Positions 42,009-51,786 of a stretch of 64,000 nt of DNA are shown here, one piece after another. Every line of letters starts with the position of its first letter. Position 1 is the stretch's first letter. The stretch spans positions 96,001 to 160,000 of the forward strand of contig CAVSLC010000002.1 of the NCBI GenBank assembly GCA_963728565.1. The letters run 5' to 3'. The translations under genes and the position numbers were made by a program. Origin of the DNA: an uncultured delta proteobacterium (GTDB taxonomy: Bacteria; Desulfobacterota; Binatia; UBA9968). Below the pieces are notes generated by a model that had not been told where the DNA came from, did no database searches, and saw nothing but the letters and a program-made list of their open reading frames with translations.

Positions 42009-42776
42009 ATGGTCCTGGAAGTTATACAGCAGAAGAAACAGGTTATTGAAAGCCGCGCGCGCATTCGTGAATTTGTTTTCGGCATACAAGATGGGCTGAT
42101 CAGCACGGTGGGTCTCCTGGCCGGTATTCATGGCGCCACTGAGAACCGGTTGGTGGTCATCATAGCGGGATTTACCGCGATGTTTTCGGGCGCGATTTCG
42201 ATGGCCGCGGGCTCCTATCTCTCGTCCGCCGCGCAGAAGGAGATATTCGACAAGGAGTTGCGCGAGGCCGAAGCGCTGGCTGAACGAGAGCCCTATATGG
42301 CCGCTGAAGGACTATTAAGAGCGCTGGGCGAAGAGGGTCTAAGCAAGGAACAGAGCTACCGGATGGTCAAGGTTCTCAGCCAAGAGCGTAACGTCTTCAT
42401 GCGGACCTTCCAGGAAAAAGTCTTCGGGCTGGGCAGTGCTGAAATCAATCAGCCGGTTCAGGCTGCGCTGGTGATGGGCCTGTCTTTTATTGTCGGCGCG
42501 ATCGTGCCGATTATTCCTTACATGATCGCATCGGGCCTGACGGCTTTTTACATTTCGGCTCTGCTTGGCGGCATAACACTTTTTGGCGTCGGCGCTTTCA
42601 AGGGGAAACTCGCGGGCAAGTCACTGACACTCGGCGGTCTGGAATTTTTCCTGGTGGCGGTCGGCGCCGCCGGGGCGGGATATCTGATCGGCTTGGTTGT
42701 GCAGTACTTCTTTCCCGGAGTTAATATTCCTCCGCCACAAGCTTCTGCTTCAAAGTTCACCGCAAGTATTTTCTGA
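42009..42776 (+). CDS. VIT1/CCC1 family Fe/Mn transporter
   Basis: FVFGIQDGL, GAISMAAG.YLS, P.QAA....SF..GA..P..PY. Confidence 0.88.
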   Translation: MVLEVIQQKKQVIESRARIREFVFGIQDGLISTVGLLAGIHGATENRLVVIIAGFTAMFSGAISMAAGSYLSSAAQKEIFDKELREAEALAEREPYMAAEGLLRALGEEGLSKEQSYRMVKVLSQERNVFMRTFQEKVFGLGSAEINQPVQAALVMGLSFIVGAIVPIIPYMIASGLTAFYISALLGGITLFGVGAFKGKLAGKSLTLGGLEFFLVAVGAAGAGYLIGLVVQYFFPGVNIPPPQASASKFTASIF

Positions 42777-42881
42777 CCTGAGCTGAGATAGAAACCAAAT
42801 TCCAACGGCCTTCACGGTGTTGGACCAGGGCTGATACTTTTGCCGGGACTTCAGTGCGCCAACCGGGGAGATTGCGGATCT

Positions 42882-43835
42882 CTAGAGGGGACCGCTGGAT
42901 TGCCTTCGCTCCGACGCGCTCGCCAGTAGCCCGGTGTCGCCTTGAACGACCGAACTCCGGTTAAATAGGCTGCGAAGCAAACCTAAGTTTTCGCGATCTT
43001 CCGCCAAGTCCAGCCCTTTGGGTGTTTCGAGACACATCGGCACACCCCAGAATCGCTTATCGTTCATCAGTAATCGAAAAGCCTCCACGCCGATGTGGCC
43101 TTTGCCGATATGCTCGTGCCGATCGACCCGCGAGTTAAATTCTTTTTTCGAGTCGTTGAGATGGAACGCGGCCAGCCGTTCAATGCCGATGGTTTCGTCG
43201 AATTCCGTGAATGTTCGTTCGTAGCCCTCGCTGGTTCGAATATCGTAGCCCGCGGCAAAAGCATGTTCGGTATCAAAGCACACCCGCAGGCGCTCGTTTT
43301 CTCGGGTGGCATCAAACATTCTAACGATGTGCTCGAAACGATAGCCGAGATTCGATCCCTGACCCGCGGTGATCTCCAGGGTCACTTTCACCTTGTAGCC
43401 GGGGCATGCCTGGTGCACTTCATTGAGAGAACTCGCGATGGTTTTAATGCCTTGGTCTTCTCCCGATCCGACATGGGAACCGGGATGGGCGATCAGATTC
43501 GAAATGCCCAATGTCTCGCAACGCTCCATCTCATCGATGAAGGCCAAAATGGAACGCTGCCGCAAAACGCCGTCGGGCGAGCCAAGATTCAATAGATAAG
43601 AGTCGTGGGCGATGACCTTCTTGATTCCGGTTGTTTTCTGATTCTCCCGATACTGTGCAATCTCTTCCTGCGTGTAGGGCTTACAGGCCCACCGGCGTGA
43701 CGACTTAGTGAAGATCTGAATCGCATCGCATTGAACTTTCGCGCCGAGCATCAGCGCGTTGCCGACGCCGCCGGCAATGGACATATGAGCTCCGAGTAAC
43801 GGGCCGCGCGATGTCGTTTTCGTATTAGTAACCAT
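42882..43835 (-). CDS. nfo: Endonuclease IV
   Basis: LGAHMSIAGG, HDSYL.NL, HPGSH, LE.TAGQG, C.DT.H.FAAGYD, HLNDSK, DRHEHIG, LETP. Confidence 0.95.
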   Translation of the reverse strand: MVTNTKTTSRGPLLGAHMSIAGGVGNALMLGAKVQCDAIQIFTKSSRRWACKPYTQEEIAQYRENQKTTGIKKVIAHDSYLLNLGSPDGVLRQRSILAFIDEMERCETLGISNLIAHPGSHVGSGEDQGIKTIASSLNEVHQACPGYKVKVTLEITAGQGSNLGYRFEHIVRMFDATRENERLRVCFDTEHAFAAGYDIRTSEGYERTFTEFDETIGIERLAAFHLNDSKKEFNSRVDRHEHIGKGHIGVEAFRLLMNDKRFWGVPMCLETPKGLDLAEDRENLGLLRSLFNRSSVVQGDTGLLASASERRQSSGPL

Positions 43836-43935
43836 TAGAACACTCGGAACAATTGAAACGAGTGGAACGAATTTGTGGCGCGACACGATTGCAGACGTTC
43901 CAATTGTTCAACGATGTTCGAAACATTGAGGATAA

Positions 43936-45544
43936 TCACGTGAAGTGTCTTCGTTCTACCAGCGGCAACGAAATGCTGCCGGCGCCGAGCAGGCGATCGT
44001 GGAAATTGCGCAAGTCGAACTTGGCGCCAAGTCGCGTGGTCTCTTGCTGGCGCATGCGATTGATGATCGACCAACCCAAAGCGTATCCCATCGGAACCGC
44101 CGGTGCTTGGCTGTACCAATTGAGATCACCACAGGCCTGCGCGCGCGGGAAATGCAGCTCGCGCACCATCAATTCCGCCGCCTGGTCGTAAGTCATTTTG
44201 TCGGTCTGCGTTTTGACATCGATGATAATGCGCAACGCACGCCATAGCCGATCCTTGAGCATCACAAAGCGGTGTTGCCTGCTTTTTAAAAAACCTTGCT
44301 CTTGCATGAGTTGCTCACAGTACAGCGCCCATCCCTCGTAGAAAACCGAGGACTCGTTCATGAGCCGCGGCAAGCTCGATGCTGTCGGTATCGAATTGGC
44401 GACCGAGAATTGAAGATGATGGCCGGGATAGCTTTCATGGACCGAGGTATTCTCGAGGCCCACCCAGTTATGCTCACGTAAGAGATCGTCATCCGTGACA
44501 GGTGTGACGTAGTAGTAGCCGACCTGGTCGGGGTCTTTGGGCGATGGCGAGAGATACGCGGCAAAGGGAATTTCGTGGCGGCGAAACTCCGGGGTGTGGA
44601 CCACGTGCAGTTCTTCTCTGGGCGGGAAAGAGACGAGCTCTCTATCTTTCACGAACTGCCGGGCGGATTGCATGGCTTTTTGATAAGCCGCCAGGATCTC
44701 CTCGCTTTTCGGATGGTCATCCTGAATCTTTCGCGTCACCTCCTCGATGCCTTCACCCGGCGCCACCTCCTCGGCGAGCGCGAACAGTTCCTGCCGGGTT
44801 TGAGAGAAAAGATTTTCCCCCAAAGTGAGAAGCGCCTGCGCGTCCAGCTCGAGAAAGTGTTTTTTCCTGAGCAGCAAGTTGTAATGCTCTTCTCCGACGG
44901 CGTAAACGCCGCGGCTGCGGGGCAGAAGACTCCCCGTCAGAAAACCTGCATAATCATCGATCGCGTTCTTTGCCCGCTCAATCGCAGCTCGAAGTGTTGC
45001 GCTATCTTTGATGGTTGCCTGAACTTTCGGATGGCTGGGCAGCGTCTCCAGAAAGTTGGTGCCGCCCTTTAGCCGCTTGAATGGACATTTCGGTCCACAG
45101 CCGAGGCGGATTGGCTTCCGGCCGGCTTAGATTGCTGATTCCCTGACGGACCAAATCGGCCGTGCCCTGCAGGCGGCTTAGAAGATTTTTTTCCAGATCA
45201 TCGGTTTCCCGCACTGTCAGGATGTAGATGGCATCTGTAGCAAGATAGTGATCGGGCCACTTCAGCCGGTAATCCTCTTTCTCCTGCTCATATTTTTGGA
45301 TGCTCAAGCGCCCCTCCAGGAGAGCGTAATCGATGGCCTGATCGGCATCCAAATCATTGGCTGATATCTGAGCCAAGGTTTCCAGCGAATCATTAACCAG
45401 CCTCTTCTGCGCGGCGTAGGTCTCATCGGAATAATCGTTCAACAGATGATCGTAACCGGTCACGCCGTAGTAGATCGCTTCAGCGGGATGAAGGCGGAAG
45501 TATTTCTCGAAATAATCAGCGCAGAAATCAACGAAACTAGGCAT
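43936..45544 (-). CDS. DUF885 family protein; frameshift near 45066
   Basis: HESYPGHHLQ, EGWALYCE, RALRIIIDV, Y..G. The frame rejoins at KG|GTNFLETLPSH. Confidence 0.85.
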
Positions 45545-45625
45545 GGATAGGGAGTATCATCTAAATAGAGGCGACGCAATTTTCTTCATTCTTGGCAGTC
45601 CTAGGGAGTCGGAAAATTTATGGAA

Positions 45626-45830
45626 TTATGCTTCGAACATAGAACTATCGAAGGGCGTGGCGCCATGAATAACTCTCAGCATATAGACGGTGGTTTTTGC
45701 GATCCGGAACACGCAGCGATAATGGCCGACCACCAAGTGACCGTAGTGCGTGGCCAAGATCTCGTTCTCAGGGATGAGCGGAGATCTTTCGGGAAAGGCT
45801 CTAGAGCTTCGATCTGTTCTTCGAACCATC
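45626..45830 (-). pseudogene. RelE/ParE-family toxin remnant (C-terminal part)
   Basis: EEQIEALE.FP|ERSPLIPENEILATHYGHLVVGHYRCVFRIAKTTVYMLRVIHGA across a frameshift; no start and no antitoxin seen. Confidence 0.6.
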
Positions 45831-46016
45831 GCCGTTTGATGCGCCGGCTGGTCGCGGCGATTGCTCCTTCTGGCGCAAGCTTCGTCACGGCAAGAACAAC
45901 GCGCGACGGTGAGATAGAGCGTGCCGTTTGCTCTGACCGTCTTTCTCCGGTCGCACGCTCCACTGTTTGTATTGCAGGTATGTGCTGTTCTATACAATCA
46001 TCCAAGGAGGAGCTTC

Positions 46017-46430
46017 ATGGCAAACCGCTGGTTGTTCAAGACAGAGCCAAGTGTTTATTCGTTTCAACAATTGCAGAAAGACAAGAAAACGGTTTGGGAC
46101 GGCGTGGCTAATAATCTCGCGCTAAAAAATCTCAAAGATATTAAAAAGGGCGAGCAGATATTCATCTATCACACGGGCGACGAGAAGGCGGCCGTCGGTG
46201 TGGCAAAAGCCTTGGGCGGCGCGTATCCCGACCCCGGCAAGAACGATGCAAAGCTGCTGGTCGTCGATATCGAAGTAGGAAAGCCGCTAGCGAAACCCGT
46301 CACTCTCGCCGAGGTTAAAGCGCATCCCAAGTTAAAAAGTTTCGATCTGGTGCGAAACTCCCGTTTATCGATCATGAAGGTGACCGACGAGCAGTGGGAG
46401 ATCATGGAAGGCATGGCCAAAAGCAAATAG
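46017..46430 (+). CDS. EVE domain protein
   Basis: WLFKTEP, WDGV.N..A, F.YHTG, PVTL.EVK, R..RLS; GGAGG RBS upstream of ATG 46017. Confidence 0.92.
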   Translation: MANRWLFKTEPSVYSFQQLQKDKKTVWDGVANNLALKNLKDIKKGEQIFIYHTGDEKAAVGVAKALGGAYPDPGKNDAKLLVVDIEVGKPLAKPVTLAEVKAHPKLKSFDLVRNSRLSIMKVTDEQWEIMEGMAKSK

Positions 46431-46487
46431 GCGCGAGGCCACCGGCACGAGGCACAAAAATAAGGACAGGAAATAGGAACTAATATA

Positions 46488-47456
46488 ATGGCGGAACAAG
46501 GCAAACACGATCACCGACACGATCACGATCATCATCAAGGCGATCATAAACACGCGGATCAGCACGATCACTCCCAGGGCCACGATCATGCCGATCATGC
46601 TCATTCACATGATCACGATCACGGTCATTCGCACGAACACGGGCACAGCCATGGGCACGATCATAAGACCCGGTTCCACGATCCGGCGCACGCGGCGGAA
46701 TTTGACCGGCGTTCGACGATGGAGGGGATCCGCGGCGCGCTAACAACCAAGATGATCGAGACGCTGGCGCTTAGCGGTAACGAATGGGTGCTGGATGTGG
46801 CCACCGGCACCGGGCGTGTCGCCCGGCCGGTTTCCAAGCACATGAAGGCCGGTAACATTGTCGGTGTCGATCAGGCTTTGGCGATGCTCGATGTCGGTCA
46901 CCAGCACAAAGAGCCGATTTCTTGCTACAGCCAAAGCGCCGGCGCTGCCGATGCCTTGCCGTTTAAATCCAATTCCTTCGATCGGGCGTTTGTCTCGTTC
47001 AGCTTGCATCACTTCGGCAATCCGTCAGGCGTGGTCAAAGAAGTGCTGCGAGTGCTGAAGGGCAACGGCAGGTTCGTTGTGCTCGATCCAATTATCGAAG
47101 AAGCCAAAGACGCGGTGGATGCGGCACTGGAGGTAAAAATCAATCAGGTCTTCCGGCGCACGCACGGCCCGGAGTTTCGCTTTCACACGGCGAGCAGCAT
47201 TCAGCGCCTGCTGTCTAAAGCCGGCTATCGTATTCCACGCACGAATATTTTGTCTTACTCGTTCAATCAGGAAGGAATGGACGGAATCCCGACCGGCCGT
47301 CATTGGCTCGAAGCGGCGCTTGAGCTCGAAAAGGAAGCGCCGGAGCTCGCCGAACGCATGAAGAAAAATTATTTTACCTGGCAGGCGCACGGCGACCACG
47401 CTCACGTAAAGGGCAGCTTTTCTTATGCGCTGATTACGGGCGTGAAGCCCGCGTAG
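46488..47456 (+). CDS. Class I SAM-dependent methyltransferase with His-rich N-terminus
   Basis: VLDVATGTG, GVD...AML, ADALPF..NSFD, LHH, EVLRVLK.NG; 24 His in the first 60 residues. Confidence 0.88.
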   Translation: MAEQGKHDHRHDHDHHQGDHKHADQHDHSQGHDHADHAHSHDHDHGHSHEHGHSHGHDHKTRFHDPAHAAEFDRRSTMEGIRGALTTKMIETLALSGNEWVLDVATGTGRVARPVSKHMKAGNIVGVDQALAMLDVGHQHKEPISCYSQSAGAADALPFKSNSFDRAFVSFSLHHFGNPSGVVKEVLRVLKGNGRFVVLDPIIEEAKDAVDAALEVKINQVFRRTHGPEFRFHTASSIQRLLSKAGYRIPRTNILSYSFNQEGMDGIPTGRHWLEAALELEKEAPELAERMKKNYFTWQAHGDHAHVKGSFSYALITGVKPA

Positions 47457-47511
47457 CGGGCTGTTCGTCTTCAAGGTTCCGGGGTTTGATGTTTTGCGGT
47501 CGATTGCTCGG

Positions 47512-47543
47512 TTACCCTCGCCCATTCTAATGGGAGAGGGTAA
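47512..47543. repeat. REP-like palindrome (CCCTCxCCC...GGGAGAGGG type)
   Basis: TTACCCTCGCCCATT-CT-AATGGGAGAGGGTAA hairpin with one mismatch. Confidence 0.55.
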
Positions 47544-47580
47544 GGGTAGGCTAATCGAGCGTTCGGTGGCAAACGTTGCG

Positions 47581-47615
47581 TTGACCGAGCTCGATTTGAT
47601 GGCTATTATAGCTAT
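47581..47615 (+). promoter_or_regulatory. Sigma-70 promoter giving a probable leaderless antitoxin mRNA
   Basis: TTGACC-N17-TATTAT; ATG 7 nt downstream, no RBS; palindrome ATAGCTAT overlaps the end of the -10 element. Confidence 0.55.
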
Positions 47616-47915
47616 ATGAAAAAAGCCGGCATCGCAGCTCTCAAAAACAACCTATCGCGCTATCTCGATCAGGTAAAAGGCGGTGAAACGATCTTGGTCA
47701 TGGATCGCAATCAACCCGTGGCGCAGATTGTGCCGTTGCCAAGCGCCGCGCGGGGCTTGGTTTCAGACGACGATCGCCTTTCGCGGCTTGAAAGAAAAGG
47801 ATTAATTCGACGCGCCGTTCCCGGGCACAATAAGTGGCTTGCGAAGCATCGTCCTGTCAAGGTCAAAGGCAGCGTGTTGCAAGGTCTTCTAGATGAGCGC
47901 GGGAGCGGGTGGTGA
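47616..47915 (+). CDS. Phd/YefM family antitoxin
   Basis: GIA.LKN.LS.YL..VK.GE.I.V.DR..PVA; overlaps the toxin gene. Confidence 0.9.
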   Translation: MKKAGIAALKNNLSRYLDQVKGGETILVMDRNQPVAQIVPLPSAARGLVSDDDRLSRLERKGLIRRAVPGHNKWLAKHRPVKVKGSVLQGLLDERGSGW

Positions 47916-48337
47916 GATTTTGGGATTCCTCGGCGATTGTCCCACTGATGATTGTGGAGCCTGGTTCGGCTCGAGTTCGGAACTGGTTTGACAGCGATTC
48001 TGAAATTATCGTCTGGACTTTGACCCGCGTAGAGCTTCTATCGGCCATCGCCCGCCTGCGGCGCGAAGATTCCCGTTTCGCGCCAATTCTTACCGTCGCC
48101 CGGCGAAATATAATGCGCGCTTGGGATGGGTGGTCGGAGATAACAAATGTTGAATTAGTCCGCCGTCACGCCGAGCGACTGGTTGAATCTTACCACTTGC
48201 GAGCCGCTGACGCGCTCCAACTCGGCGCAGCTCTGATTGCTGCTGAAGGTGATCCCACTAACTTGGAATTGGTAACTCTGGACCATAATCTCGCTGATGC
48301 CGCCGAGCGCGAGGGCTTTGCAGTTCTCGGCCCGTGA
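47912..48337 (+). CDS. vapC: VapC PIN-domain toxin
   Basis: FWDSSA, VE..SA, LRAADALQL, TLD..L..AA. Confidence 0.9.
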   Translation: MRFWDSSAIVPLMIVEPGSARVRNWFDSDSEIIVWTLTRVELLSAIARLRREDSRFAPILTVARRNIMRAWDGWSEITNVELVRRHAERLVESYHLRAADALQLGAALIAAEGDPTNLELVTLDHNLADAAEREGFAVLGP

Positions 48338-48370
48338 CCGGCGGGAATTCTGACAATGGAGAGATGAATC

Positions 48371-48637
48371 ATGGCGGTCAAAAAAGCCGACTTTCGAACC
48401 TTCTATAAGGACGCGCATGCCGTCGAATGTTTAAGCGAACGTGAGAAAATGCTCATGGGTTTAGCCGTCGCGATGATGCGGCTGTGCGATCCGTGAGTGG
48501 ACCGGCGCCTTGCGGACGCAAGGAAAGCGGGGATGACCGAAGAAGAACTGGATGCCGCGGTCGATGTGATTTCTGCCGTGGATGCGGGGGTGCTGCAGTC
48601 CTTGAATCAGAGGATCAAACAACGCAGCAAGACGTAA
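48371..48637 (+). CDS. AhpD/CMD-like selenoprotein (88 aa, CxxU), absent from the ORF track
   Basis: GGAGAG RBS; MAVKKADFRTFYKDAHAVECLSEREKMLMGLAVAMMRLCDP-TGA(48494-48496)-VDRRLADARKAGMTEEELDAAV...; CMD-like on both sides of the TGA. Confidence 0.75.
48508..48523 (+). promoter_or_regulatory. Putative bacterial SECIS hairpin
   Basis: CCTTGC-GGAC-GCAAGG; G-starting loop separated from the in-frame TGA by 17 nt. Confidence 0.6.
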
Positions 48638-48811
48638 AAGAGCTGCGCGGGCTACAGGAGGACAAAAAGTTTAAAGGTCAATAAACGACATTTTGAGTGC
48701 GACGAGAGTGCAGACTAACCACTAAGACCCTCGACCTTTTTGTAGTTAAAGCTTTTTGTCTTGCCGGGCGACCCTTGCGGCTTTAATATTACCAAACGGT
48801 CAGTCGAGCAA

Positions 48812-49599
48812 ATGAAGAAAACTAAATACTATATCCGAGCTCGATTTTCTCCCGACATTCTTCGGGCGGCAGGAGATCGTCTTTGGCTCGGTCTCGATGG
48901 ATCAATACCATCGGCTCGCGGTTCGCTAAGAGTCGACTTAGATGATGCGACGTGGAATCATGACTCCGAAGAAGAGTTCTTTGCAGACTACCGACAGTCT
49001 AGCGGCGGCACTGCATAATCCTGGCGGACACGCGAAAACCGTTCACTCAACGTGTCTTTCCACCACGAGGGAACCCAAGTTGAGGTTGAGGCCCCCACCC
49101 GTCAATTAATTCAAGCAACCTTTGAGGTCTTCGAGCATGCCCTAAGTGAGTCGCTTCGCCCGAGGCTCCACTCGCAAAACCGATTGTTTTTATTGGACAT
49201 GGCAGATCATGGGCATGGTGGGATTTGAAGGAGGACCTCCAAGACAAGCATGGTTATAAAGTCGAAGCTTACGAGGCTGGCGCCCGAGCTGGGCACGCGA
49301 TTAGGGACATCTTAGGAGAAATGCTGGAAACCAGTTCCTTCGCGGTTCTCGTACTCACTGGAGAAGACGATACGGCAGCCGGAGATTTGAGGGCACGTCA
49401 AAACGTGATTCACGAAGCGGGTCTTTTTCAGGGCCGTCTTGGCTTTGCTCGGGCTGTTCTTTTAGTCGAAGATGGGGTCGAACTATTCTCCAATATTAAC
49501 GGGATACAACAGATTCGCTTCGCGAACGGTCATATCGCGGAGACCTTTGGTGAAGTCCTGGCCACGCTACTCCGCGAATTTGGAAAGCCTGACTCCTAA
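48812..49599 (+). pseudogene. TIR-like (CAP12/Pycsar-effector type) protein, disrupted
   Basis: In-frame TAA at 49016 and frameshift near 49160; C-terminal PIVFIGHGRS, FAVLVLTGED, RARQNVIHEAGLFQGRLG, ELFSNI.G. Confidence 0.75.
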
Positions 49600-49667
49600 A
49601 CTCGTTCCGGAAGGTGGAACGACGTTCATCGCGTATTGGTCACTTTTTAGTTATTTCGGTGCGGTGC

Positions 49668-51240
49668 TTATTTGTTGGTTTTTTCCAACTCCGCTTTGAC
49701 ATCCCGCATTTTTTTGAAATTCTTTTCTGCGCCAGGACGAAAACCTTCTATCATATTATTAAAGCTTTCGAATTCACCGACACCTTGTCGAGCTATACGC
49801 GTAAGAGTCTCCGTTACATGTTTATTCTGCGGAAACATCTCGTTTATTTGTTCTATTCGCTCCTTCCTACTAGCAGTGTATTGCGGCTTGTTGGCCATAA
49901 CCACACCGTAGTGAAAATCCAACATAGCCTTAGCAAGCCGCTTGGATGCTGCACTGATGTCAGACGGATAGGCGTTAGGGTTTTGTTCCATCCATTTCTT
50001 TGCAGAATCCAGAGTCTTAAAAATATCATCATTTAATATTAAGGCCAAGAACAGCCCTGCTTTCGGCAATTCTTCTCTACTGACAAGATCTTCGCCATAC
50101 AGAAGCACCCCGTGCCTTAGCAATAATTCGGTGCTTTCGGCACTGTTCTGAAAGAAATTGTGCCCGCGTAAAAACGTCTACAGCAAACGAATCCTCTTTC
50201 TTCGAGACCTGTGCCGTTTCACGATTGACTACGACATAAAGGTTGATGTCCGAGTATTCTTCTTCGTATTCGCCACGCCCAAGGCTACCGACAGGATATA
50301 CAGAAGCGATCCTTTCCTGATTTATGTCGCTTAAATTAGAGACTAAGGCGTCGAGCAGCTGTTTTTGCGGTTGTTGAATTTTAGCGATAGAGCTCCTGTT
50401 TCTCACGTCTAAAGAGCTAAGCATCGAACTATGTTCAGCAACTATTGTCGCTGCCTGCTCCTGAAATGATGGCAGTCTAAAATGGTTAACTAATGCGCCA
50501 GATATCTTCTCTATGTTTTCCTCAATGGCGCGAAGAGTTACTTCGACTTTAGATGATGCTCCTGAAAAAAGTCGCTCCTCGCTTTCGAGTCGCATTTTTT
50601 CAATTTCGTTTTTACCATACTCACTGAGCCATTCCAGAAAATAAGGTTGGGTGGCGATGTTAACGAACTGAAGATTTAGAAAATCTTTATCGTATCTGAA
50701 CCCGCTAACGCGATGGTGATGACGCGTACGTTTTCTCAGGGCGACGGCAATGTTGCTCGTAGGGCTATTCTGGTCCCACTGTTTAAGTTCCTGCTCAATA
50801 CCAATAGTCGCAAGCAGTTGCTGTTTCTTTTTCATCAAATCAGCAAGCGAAACATCACTCTCGACGGAGGGTTTCTCAGGGATCGTGCTTTCTGTCATCA
50901 TGTGTACCAGTTGTATAACCTTGTCCTTCATTTGATGAACGAGGCCTAGAAACACGCCCTGATAATAGGCAAGCAATTCTTGTCGGCTTGTTCCGACTGG
51001 TACTTCGCCAAGCCTACATTGGCTGATAAGCGCTTTTGTCAAAAATAGCTCTTTAAAAACCCTCTCTATCTCATCCACATATTCCGACTGCCTCTGTAAG
51101 AATCTCAACTCCTTAGAGACCTGACCCACGGCTATGTGTTTTGGCTCGCTATTCGCTTTTTGAATACTCGGTAACAGACAGCCTAGCCGTAGCTTGTCTA
51201 GATTAGTTTGTGCTGATTGGCTCTCCATATGATGTTCCAT
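49668..51240 (-). CDS. HEPN-like (Cthe_2314-type) domain fused to a nucleotidyltransferase-fold domain and a helical C-terminus; frameshift near 50115
   Basis: YYQG.F...HQMKDKV.QLV and RTRHHH (Rx4H); VGSLGRGEY...SDINL; IIAKA|GVLLYGEDL junction; visibly AT-rich. Confidence 0.55.
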
Positions 51241-51786
51241 AAATGGTTAAAGTATTTGCCGGAAATGACCAACATGCGACTTTTCTGATCGTAGCACCAA
51301 ACCGGAGGTGCCTCATTCAAGGGTCGGCTGCTAGTTATCATGTAACTACTGGCGCCAAATTTTTATCGTTCCGTGTAACTTGTCAATTCTCTCGCCGTCC
51401 ACTCCAGCATCCAACAAACCGCTGTTGAGGTTGAGACGGTCCTAAAAGGTCGGTTGGGATCAATAGCGGATTTTCCGAAAGTTATGAGGCAGATGACATA
51501 AAAATCATATTCTCCTCGCAATGAAAGCCCGATGCGCCGGGTGGTGGTTATCTGACGAACTTCTGCCGGTGTTTCCATCGAATCATCTTTTGCCGTTGTA
51601 CGAGAGCGTTCATCCATACCACCAGAAAAACATGGCTGAATATGTAGGGCACAAGTATTTAAGAGCGGCGTCTACCAGACGCCGCACAGGTTCTCTGAAG
51701 GATCTTTTTGAGATCCGATGGTTGTCACCGGGCACCGATAGCCGGTTAGCGACTCGATGGTACCGACAACTTGGCAGCCCAACTGA

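Noticed and set aside
49016-49018. Recoded stop in the TIR gene
   Set aside because: The codon is TAA, not TGA or TAG, and there is no redox motif.
48812-51240. CBASS/Pycsar system (TIR plus nucleotidyltransferase)
   Set aside because: The genes are convergent, and the NTase is a minimal MNT-like domain lacking CD-NTase size and an intact DxD.
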